Of a stretch of 64,000 nucleotides of DNA, positions 53,984 through 64,000 are shown one piece after another. How positions within the stretch are numbered: the first letter of the stretch is position 1; the number at the start of each line of letters is the position of its first letter. This DNA comes from Eledone cirrhosa (Eukaryota). Both the position numbers and the translations under genes were made by a program. Location of the stretch: positions 302,436,001-302,500,000 of the forward strand of contig OZ024741.1 of assembly GCA_964016885.1 (NCBI GenBank), in the 5' to 3' direction. The notes beneath the pieces were generated by a model. It searched no databases, was not told the origin of the DNA, and saw only the letters and a list, made by a program, of their open reading frames with translations.

Positions 53984-54067
53984 CCTTTACCGAATCGGTT
54001 TCGAGTCTCAAAAATAAACGGACAGTCCTTACGGCATCCATTGCAAAGATAAACTCTCGTCAGAAGG
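53984..54067 (-). ncRNA. Type I hammerhead ribozyme, intact core
   Basis: CCTT-CTGACGA-GAGTTT...AGACTC-GAAA-CCG ATT CGG-TA^AAGG; stem II capped by CC-GTAA-GG; GUA triplet; cleavage predicted at 53988/53987. Confidence 0.85.
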
Positions 54068-54465
54068 GTCTTTTTACTCGGAGAATATAAAATTCCCGAG
54101 TTCAAATTACGAACTGGCGCTATTCAAAATTATTCCTGAGATGAGAATAAATGATGTGGGAGCAATTCCTTCAAGTGCCGTGTGTAAAGATAGAATCAAA
54201 GGCAGGAAGGTCAGTCTACTACCACTATAACTAGCAGTCAGAACGACCAAATTTTTTTCTCGACCAAGAGGAGGAGAATAATAAAGTATATATATCCCTA
54301 CACGCACAAAGCGCTTAGGGAAACATGTATTGTCCAACCATATGCCAATGTGGTTCAATGGCAGGTTAATAAATTAACGAGCCAGAACATATATAATCAA
54401 GGTTTAGCAAATAAGAAAAAGTTTCAAAATAAATTTTAAAAAATTAACTTTACTCACTATGGTTA

Positions 54466-54549
54466 CCTTTACCGAATCGGTTTAGAGTCTCAAAAATAAA
54501 TGGACAGTCCTTACGGCATCCATTGCAAAGATAAACTCTCGTCAGAAGG
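54466..54549 (-). ncRNA. Second hammerhead copy with G12 to U core substitution (probably inactive)
   Basis: Same fold as 53984-54067 but GAAA reads TAAA (position 54484). Confidence 0.7.
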
Positions 54550-54748
54550 ATCTTTTCACTCGGAGAATATAAAATTCCCAAGTTCAAATTACGAACTGGC
54601 GCTATTGAAGATTGTTCCCGAGATGAGAATAAATGATGTGGGAGCAATTCCTTCAAGTGGCGTGTGTAAAGATAATTTATTAACCTGCCATTGAACCACA
54701 TTGGCATATGGTTGGACAATACATGTTCCCTAAGCGCTTTGTGCATGT

Positions 54749-54784
<36 letters not shown>

Positions 54785-55374
54785 TTATATATATATACAT
54801 ACATACATGGCGGCTGCCAACTCGTTTTCGAGTACGGCCACTACTTTATATTCATGTAGGAGAACCCCTACCGATGCGCTGAATGAGTGTGGATTTTTAG
54901 TCCAGCCAGCGATTTGAAAACTCTGGTACAAACACTACACTTGTGACAATTATTGACACATAGTGCTGGGCCCATGGTACCATGTGACGACAAGTGCAGA
55001 GAGATCTCCAGATATAAAGCAATGCCTGTGCCGTGAAGCTTTTATAGTGAGCAAAGGCACTGCACAAAGCCAGTCCCACTCTCTTAACCAAGATGATATA
55101 TCAGAGTTTTCCTTCTCCTAGAATTCTGCCTTGACAAAGGCTAAGGGGTCATCTCTCCCGTTGATTTTGGATGGCCATTGACTCTCAAGATCTCCTTTGC
55201 CCTTTGACAGGTTTTGTTTTTAGTCCTGCAGGATGTCCAAAGTCACCCTCCTCACCAAGAAACCTTGGTGGGGTTGCCAGTTTAGTCGCCAACGACCCGA
55301 CCATGGGACAGGTTGTACTGGGATACATGTTACCAGTAGCACCAACTGGTGACCTGACATGATATGACCTGACA

Positions 55375-55414
55375 TACATACATAGATACATACATACATA
55401 CATACATACATACA

Positions 55415-55442
<28 letters not shown>
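55375..55442. repeat. (TACA)n microsatellite
   Basis: Direct reading. Confidence 0.9.
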
Positions 55443-55445
<3 letters not shown>

Positions 55446-56279
55446 TACATTATTGACAATAATAACAACAACATCAACCATTGTTTTATATCTTAAATAT
55501 TTCCAGATAAATATTTCCCAAACATTGAAATTTGAAATATCTTATCTGCTCCTCTTTATACTCTGACTGACAAATCACCATTTGTACTGTTTTACAAAAC
55601 ATTCTTGTGTTGTTTTCAGTTTTATTTCTGTCTTTTTGTTGTTGTTTTTTAACTAGTATGCCAATACATATATAGATATCTTAATCTGTACATACAAACA
55701 CACTCACACACAAATACAAATACACACACATGCAGATAGATACACACTCACAGATACAAACACATTTACACAACACACATAAACATGCCTATACAGTAGG
55801 ACACACACACACACACACACATGTAGATAGATACACACTCACACATACAAACACATTCACACAACACACACAAACACACCTACACAGCAGAAGCACACAC
55901 ACATACAAATGTACACACACATACACACACATATGATTTATGACAAATGAAAATCCTGCCACACCCACAAGTTGCAAAGAGATCTTATGAATAGTTTTGG
56001 TGAGCTCATAGGAATTTCATAAGCAGTCATTTCTTTTTTTACATGAACTTCTAACGTCCTATACCACACGAAACCGCATTAGTAAGACATTCTTGAAAGG
56101 TATAACACATCACCAGGACTGCATCACATTAAAACGTAAAGTCCTTAGTCTAATATTACTAAGTGAAAACTTACTATAAGTGTTTGAATTAATAAGCCCA
56201 TGTTAGACCCCGCTCTCTCTCCTCATCCGCCCCTCTGCTTCCTCCTCAAACACTCCTTCCAGCGGTTCATGTTGATATA

Positions 56280-57803
56280 CAGGAGCAGTAAGTAGCAAGA
56301 GCTCACAGGACACTAGCTCCGTTAAATACCCAGAGGATACTGTAGAAGTCATTGATAATTTCTGTTATCTTGGTGACCAAATTAGCAGTGGAGGTAGGTG
56401 TTCTGAAAGTACAGTAGCCAGAGTGAGAATGGGATTTTCCCTCAAAATGAAGAGCAGATTGTATGATGTGTTTATTTGAACAGCAATGTTGCATAGTAAT
56501 GAGACCTGGGCTGTGAGTGCAGAGGACCTACAAAGATTAGAAACAAATAAAACTGGTATGCTTTAATGGATGTGTAACAGTAATATACATGAATGGCAAA
56601 GTGTAAATGAACAGAGAGAGAAATTGGGCATCAGATGCAGTGTGCAAGAGAGGAGATTGCAGTTGAATGGACATGTCATGCGTATGATGACAGTTGTATA
56701 AAAAGGTGCAGGGCACTCAAAGTTGATGGATGCTATGGAAGAGGAAAACCTAGGAAAGCTTGGGATGATGTAATAAAAACTGACCTCATACAATTGCACC
56801 TCTCAAAGGCGATGACACAGGATCATGATCTCTGGTGTTATGCAGTGCTGCAAAAACCCTGTCTCTTCATGTGCACATGTACATGGGATGAAACAATATC
56901 TAGTGGTCTCTAGTATGCACTACTCCACCATCTCTGCTCCATACACCTCCCGCACCATTTCTCCTCTTCCCACATCTTAACATTCCACCTCTCACTAGCT
57001 AAGTACCCCACCCTAGAACTACTGCTCTAATCCCTACACTACATACATGCACCCCACCTCCACTTTTAACATATGGTGTACCCTGCTAGACCAACTCATG
57101 TATACAAGCATGGATAGCTGAACATGCTTTCCCACAATGCTCTCCCGTATATGGCTAAAAGCATCCTGTAAGGTGGTCATGCTGGTGACACAACAAAAGC
57201 CCCTAGTCCACCATGTAAGGTGCTCATATTGGTGACATGACAAAAGAGCACCTAGCCCTCCCTGTAAGGTAACATGACAAAAGAGCATATAGCCCTCCCT
57301 GTAAGGTGGTCATGCTGGTGGCATGACAAATAAACACACAGCCCACCCTGTACAGTTGTCGTGTTTGTGATATGACATGACAATAAATGCCCAGTCCACC
57401 CTGTAAAGTGGCCATGTTAGTGACACATCAAAAAGCACCCAATCCATCCTGTAAAGTGATCATGTTGGTGCCACAACAAAAAGCACCCAGTCCTCACTGT
57501 AAAGTGATCATGTTGGTGATACAATGAAAATCACCTAGTCCACACTGTAAAGTGGTTATGTTGGTGACATGTCAAAAAGCGCCCAGTACACACAGTAAAG
57601 TGGTCATTTGGTTCCATGATAAAAAGCACCCACTCAACACTGTAAAGAGGTTGTGTTGGCATTAGGAAGGGCATCCAGCCACAGAAACCAAGCCATGGTC
57701 ATCCAGCCACAGAAACCAAGCAAGACATGGTCATCTGACCTGACATGTCTCACAATGGGACAACTCATCTAACTCATGCTAGCATGGAAAATGGACGTTA
57801 AAT
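56280..57803 (+). mobile_element. Older RTE LINE 3' part with an expanded ~40-bp tandem array in its 3' UTR
   Basis: FCYLGD and GRGKPRKAW remnants; units like AAAAGCACCCAGTCCACCCTGTAAAGTGGTCATGTTGGTGACATG at about 57160-57660. Confidence 0.8.
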
Positions 57804-59882
57804 GTGAAGACTAAGTTAGTACTGAAGGGCTCTGCATCTCCCTTACATAAGGTCCCATGTTCTATCGAGTGCATTTTATCATGACACCAGCTTTCTATAG
57901 CTGGATGCCCTTCCTATCACCAACCATTTTTCAGCATGTGCTGGGTGCATTTATTGTGTAGATCACCAACACTAGGAAGGCTGTCATGTCCTTGACACAA
58001 CTGAAGGGAACTGACCCTTTGTTAGGCAAGCTTTCTATGGCTGAATGCCCTTCCTATCACCAACCACTGTAGAATGATGAACCTGTGTCAATAGTACAAG
58101 ACACTTGACCAAAGTGCCACACAGTTGGATTGAACCTGACACTCTTTTATTACAATGCAAACATCTTAACCACTCATCCATGCCTGAACTGATGTTTTGG
58201 TTGGATACCTCAATCAATGTTTATTATGTAATTGAGGAAATACGTGGAAACAACCAACACAAAACCTGACACGTCACTAATGTTTACATGACAAGTTTTG
58301 TTTGGGTTTTTTTATCTTGTTGTTTTACAATTGATTAATTATGCTTGAATGTATGAGGTGATGTTTACAGTTGAATGTCTTTCCAACAGCTGACCACTCA
58401 ACTGTGTAGTATCAATTTTATCAGTTAGATGAATTAAAGTTTTTATATTGCTTTTCCATGTTGGTTTTGATTCAGTTTCTTAATCTAAAAACTATTTTCC
58501 CCTATCATTACCTTAACTCCTAACGACCTGTACCACATGAAACCACATTAGCAAGACATATTCAAAATTAAAGTCGAGTTTACTTAAAACTTTCACAATC
58601 AATCTGTTTCGCAACAATCTGCTCACTATTAAAGATACTATAAACATTTGAATTAACAAACCTGTTTTTAGATATTTTCTGCTAAATCATTACAGAATGT
58701 TAAGAGTTAACTGCACGGCCATGTTATCTTATCTTAATATAATGGAGTTGCAACTGTATTTTCAGAAACTCTTCCTACTATTAATGATACTATTAATATT
58801 TGAATTAACAAACCTGTTTTTAGATATTTTCTATTAAATCATTACAGGATGTTATGAGTTAAAGCAAAGGTTCCAAAATTTATTTTTTTCTCACTTTAGA
58901 GAAAATCAGAAATATTTTGGTGCATTTTGAGCATTAAGTAAAAAAAATGTGATTTTTATGTTTTAGCCAATAAATATAAATAATTGAAGCTTCAAAGTTC
59001 ATTACACACACAGATGCAGATACAGAAACACACACATACATGTATATTCATATATATATATGTATATACATAACATATATATATATGCATATACACATGC
59101 AAAGTTGATATATATATATATGTATGTATATATATATATGTGCGAGACAAACCACAACAGAAACACAAACCCTCCATCTCAATTTTACTTTTGAAAAGCA
59201 TAAGAACTGTGAAACTGGTAAAGTAAATAAATAAATATTCTTAAAAGACTCCAGTTGCATTTTCAATTTTTGTCCCTCATATATATATATATATATATAC
59301 TGTATATATTACAATATTTCTAATGAAATATGGTACTGAAAGAGTAAATAATGCAACAGTTATTTTACTAAATACCTCTAAATTCTTGAATATTTTCGAA
59401 ATTAATTGATTGAAACACATAGAGTGTGTTCATTATAAATATGTTAATGAAATGGTTACAGAAAATTATTCACTTCTTTATTCAATAGAGTTATATAGAC
59501 TTTATATTTACAATTTTTGTGTGCATTTTTCACATTTTAAAAATATAATTCTATTATTTTTGTGTTGCATATCACTACATTGTTTAGAGGCAACTTCCTT
59601 AAAAGGGTAACATTTTGTGAGCTGTTAAGTAGTGTCCTTAATTAGTTAACAAGTTTGTACTAGTATGTTACCACTATACAATCTTATGAGTTTTAATGAT
59701 ATACATGAAGTGGAATAGCTCCAACTAAGAATCAAATCACTGTTAGCTCCCTAACTTCCTCTCCGCTCTCATTTCTACTCAAATTTTTTTCCTACAAGTA
59801 GGGATATATTAAGATCAGCCAATGCTCTAAGCACAGCTTAACACTGACCCTTCCCTTGTCTAACTAACATGACATTTAGAAA

Positions 59883-60097
59883 TATAAGGGGTGCCAAAAA
59901 GTTCCTAACTTTGGGTAAAAAGAAAATGCAGGAGGATCAGTTAATTATGATTATATTCAACATATTCTCCTCTCAGATTCTTGTTGCAGCAGTCCTTCAG
60001 TTTTTCTAAGCCCTGTAAAAATAACTCAGCATGTTGGGCCTCCAACCAGGTCTCTGTAGCAGCGATCAAACCAAGAACTTTTCAGCACCCTCTTGTA
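59883..60097. mobile_element. Mariner-derived MITE
   Basis: TA-TAAGGGGTGCCAAAAAGTTC ... GAACTTTTCAGCACCCTCTTG-TA. Confidence 0.65.
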
Positions 60098-60332
60098 AGT
60101 ACTAAATATTAAATAATAGATTAAAATTTCATCCTTCTGAGGTTGATGAAATAATGACCAGAAGTGTCAGAAGGGGCCCAAAATACATGAAACATTGGAG
60201 GTCTGACCAAGGCTTAATACAGCCCTATTTCCATCACGAGAATTTGATCAATTTAAAAGAATTCGACTTTACAATGATAGTGGTTCTAGGATATGCGAAA
60301 TGGAAGAGTTATTAGAGAATTGAATAAAATAC

Positions 60333-60497
60333 GTTCTTAGTCACACAAACAAGAGCACCTATAACTATTGGTATGACCTCAACCTTTCTCATGTTCTATA
60401 TTCTTTGGACTTCAATTCTAAGGTTCTGGTATTTATAAATTTTTTTCATTTCTTTTGGGTGGATCTTCTCATCTCTGGGAATTGTTGCAACTTCTAT
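60333..60497 (-). mobile_element. Restriction-like endonuclease fragment of an R4/Dong-type non-LTR retrotransposon
   Basis: Manual translation IEVATIPRDEKIHPKEMKKIYKYQNLRIEVQRI*NMRKVEVIPIVIGALV resembles the KY..L...W...V.VIPIVIGALG RLE C-terminus. Confidence 0.65.
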
Positions 60498-60527
60498 ACC
60501 CTAAGCCTTGTATCAATCTAAATCCCC

Positions 60528-60586
<59 letters not shown>

Positions 60587-63489
60587 CAAGATGGTTGGAT
60601 AACATCCATGAACTTGGCTGGTCATGCTTGGGGATCCAGCCGGATCAGTTGGAGATAGTTGCTTCTGACACGACCTGCTGGAAGGAGTGTTTGAGGACTC
60701 TGCTCCCACGACGCTCTCAGGAATAAGTGGGCGAAGAAAAAGATATATATATATAATGTTGTATCTGTATATGCCTTGTGGTATTTGTTCCAGTGCTCTT
60801 TGTTTTAAGTGTAAATCCCACCAAGGTCAACTTTGTCTTTTATTCTTTCATGGATAATAAAGTACAAGTCAAGTGCAGTGGATTAATCGAATTGTTAGAA
60901 TGCCTAACAGGATACCTTACGGTATCTGTTTTGGATTATGCCTCATGATAACAATACCTGAGATGACACTGGTGCCAAGCTGTATTGGTACTTGCCTTTC
61001 TATTGGACTACATTGGTGGTATGGAGAGGGAAAACTTGCATGCATAGGTAACAGTTAGTCTTTTATTAAAAAATTATACCCAGGCTTGTGCCTTAGAGAG
61101 GACTTTTTCCTTTCCAAGTGCAAATCTATAGTCTCATAAAGCATATGGATGACCCAGAGTGGCCCCTATATTCACGGCATAGTATCATAATAGTCATAAA
61201 AGATTTCCAAAAGAGTGTTTTCATTAATCATTATAAAAAGATATTTTTGTTGTTGCATGAATGTTATAACTGTTGCTTCAGTGTGTTTGAGGAAACTTTA
61301 TCAAATCTTTGTCAATTTTTCTCTTCTCCCATAAATTTTGAAATGTGATCTTAAGTTTTCCTAATTATAGTTAGGTTGTGCTGATGCCACAGTAAAAAGC
61401 ACCCAGCCCTCTCTGTAAAATTGGTGCCATGATAAAAAAAACATCCAGTCCACCCTGTAAGGTGGTCGTGCTAATAAAAACACCGTGATAAAAACACCTA
61501 ATCTGACTTGTAAGACATTATTGCTGGTGCCATGACAAAAAGCACCCAGTCCACCTTGTAAGGTGGGTGTGCTGGAGTCATGATAAAATGTCCCCAGTAC
61601 ATGCTGTAAAATGGTTGGCATTGTAAAGGGCATCCAACCATAGACACCAAGCCCAAAACAGAATGTATGGGCATGATGTAGTCATGCCTAGCCTCAGTAG
61701 GTGACGTAGTCATGTCTAGCCTCAGTAGGTGACTGCCTGTCTAACTCATGCAAGCATGGGAAATAGACATTATACGATGATGATGATAATGATTTTGATA
61801 GTTTAGATCAGGAGAGGAGAATGGTTTTTTTTCTCATTCATAGAAGAATACAGTTCTTATAATGAACACTCTATCAATGCCACATACTAAATCTTATCAC
61901 CAAAAAGTAAATGTTAAAAGTCTATTTAAAAAGCAAATATATACTCTTGGGTCCCAAATAATAGGCGGGGTTAGAATAAGTGGTGGGGTTGGAAAATTGG
62001 TTATTTTTCTAGGTTGCTCTGTTGATAAAAAAAACAAAAACAGAATTAGTCGTTTAGTTTACATATTGAGACCCCCAACCCATCCTGTTTATTTTATAAC
62101 GTATAGGATTTCTAGTAATGTATTTTTTTTTTTGTCATGTATAATGTTTTTTAATGTCTAAAGAAAATTAATTGTTGCAGGGTGGAGTTGGAAAAAAAAT
62201 CTTAAAAATTAATAAGGGGACAGGGGGGTGACATTATTTGAGGACCAGGAGTACTTTAAAATGAAGACTTAGATAACTTCTACACAGTTACTCGTCCTAC
62301 TAGAAATAGCAACCAAAGCTCAATTCCATATCACACACTAAAATAGATATGTGATCCTAAGTTTGTTGGATCTGGGTTGACATGGGGCAAGACAACAACA
62401 GTAATTATGATAATTACAATAACAACAGTAATAAATAATATTAACCGTTTTGATACCAACCCACCAAAAACTGCTTCAGTTTCTTTGAAACAAAACAACC
62501 CATTTTAAAGGGTGCCTACTTAAATCAAAACCTGCCAACATTATTTTATATAAGATCATTTTGTTATGTTATAAATTATAATTTTAGAAAATCCTTCCCA
62601 AATTCTTCATTAATTAATTAAAATACAAAATAATCCATTAGAGATACAGTGCATACATGAATAGTCCTGTAACTCCTGATAGAATCATAGGGATGCTGTA
62701 TTCACATATGGCATTTTTTTGACAGTTTTAAACCTAGCAAAGGCCATTCCTCTACAGGTCTGAATAAACCAGATTTCTTCCAGAGAAGGATAGAAAGTGA
62801 GAGAATAGAAGTGAGAAAGAGATAGAAAGTGAGAGAGAGAAAGAATTGACCCCAGTACTGGGCTGGTACTTTTTTTATCGACCTCGAAAGGATGAAAGGC
62901 AAAGTTGACCTTGGTAGGATTTGAACTCAGAGAGCAGAGAGTTAAAATGAATACTGCAAAGCATTCTATCCGACATTCTAACAGTTCGCTGTCTTAGAAA
63001 TACAGTAATGAAAGATTTAACTCTTTAGCATTTACATTGCTCTATATTTACTATTATATTTTCACAGTAAAGGCTTTATCTCACATAATTATTTTACATA
63101 ATATCGAATCAATGAGATTTTGATATTATTTATTTTGAGAACAATACCTTAACATCAGTATGAGAAGTCAGTTACAGGCGGTTTAAACAGAAAAAAGGTG
63201 AGAAAATTCTGGCCGGATACAACTGGTTTAAATGCTAAAGGGTTTAAATGCTAAAGAGTTAAATTTGCAATGCAAGATCAAATCCCAAGTAAATTCACTT
63301 TGCATATTCCCTATGCCTGTAACTTTTAGTTGTTATTTATTGATTCATGAAGAACAAGATCGGCATAGTTGACTGACTTAGCTTTGCATACACAACAGTG
63401 AAAGGAGGTCTGGGGGCAGTGAACATAAAGAGATACAATTAAATACTGCAAAGCATTTTGTCCTTCACTTTGTTGGTTCTGTCTATCCA

Positions 63490-63870
63490 TGAATAAGAGT
63501 GAAAAAGTTCAGAGAATTATTGCCTCTGTTGACAATCATAGGTTTCTCTCTATGAATGAAAGGCCGGTTGCATGATGTCTGCATGTGAAGTGCAAAACAT
63601 GGGTAGTAAAGGATATGCAAAGGTTGGATATACAGAGGATATGCAAAGGCTGCAGAGAAAGTGAACATATGTTGATGGATGTGTGATGTTAATATACATG
63701 AATGATGAAGCATGGATGAGCTGAGAGAAAAACTGGGTATAAGGGGAATGAAATGTGTGAAAGAGAGAAGACTGTGCTAGTATGGACATGTGATGCATAT
63801 GGATGGTAAAGAAATGCTTGGTGATGCCAGTGGAAAGAAACTGCAGAAGACCAAGAAAAACCTGAGCAGA
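63490..63870 (+). mobile_element. Highly degenerate RTE LINE fragment
   Basis: Similarity to the [10 protein letters not shown] and YGHVM region. Confidence 0.65.
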
Positions 63871-64000
63871 AGTGTTTAGCCCTTTAGCATTTAAACCGGC
63901 CGTATCTGGCCAGAATTCTCTCACCTCATTCTGTTCAAACTGGCTGTAACTTGCCACTCATACTGATGTTAAGGTATTTTTCTCAAAATAAATATCAACA

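Larger units (their letters stand above)
53911..54760 (-). mobile_element. Retrozyme/Penelope-like element: 482-bp tandem partial dimer with 5' inversion
   Basis: Direct repeat with period 482 (53911 vs 54393), each unit with an HHR; 54674-54760 is an inverted copy of about 54288-54376; flanked by (TA)n on both sides. Confidence 0.8.

Noticed and set aside
57160-57660. CRISPR-like periodic repeats
   Set aside because: Degenerate head-to-tail units without unique spacers, no cas genes, eukaryotic LINE 3' UTR context

Overview
Repeat-rich, AT-rich animal genomic DNA, not prokaryotic. The SINE, RTE-LINE and microsatellite content suggests a cephalopod such as an octopus (inference). Two spliced genes converge tail-to-tail: the last three coding exons of ATPSCKMT/FAM173B (+, 6231-13016) and a complete 8-exon GTDC1/QTMAN tRNA-queuosine mannosyltransferase (-, 33690-15184, 439 aa, with one GC-AG intron). 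A tRNA-Thr(AGT) lies at 35777-35850. The rest is transposon debris: RTE LINEs with a PHD finger inside the RT, tRNA-SINEs, Helitrons, Harbinger/Tc1/piggyBac MITEs, a mariner fragment and a 1-kb fold-back element with an 8-bp TSD. The most striking unannotated signal is about 10 type I hammerhead ribozyme (HHR) motifs from several unrelated short elements, nearly all beside (TA)n tracts and mostly with inverted ends (Penelope-like/retrozyme architecture). They include a 482-bp tandem retrozyme-like dimer (53911-54760) and a perfect palindrome with 177-bp arms carrying two divergent HHRs (53299-53665). All structures were folded by eye and activity is untested.
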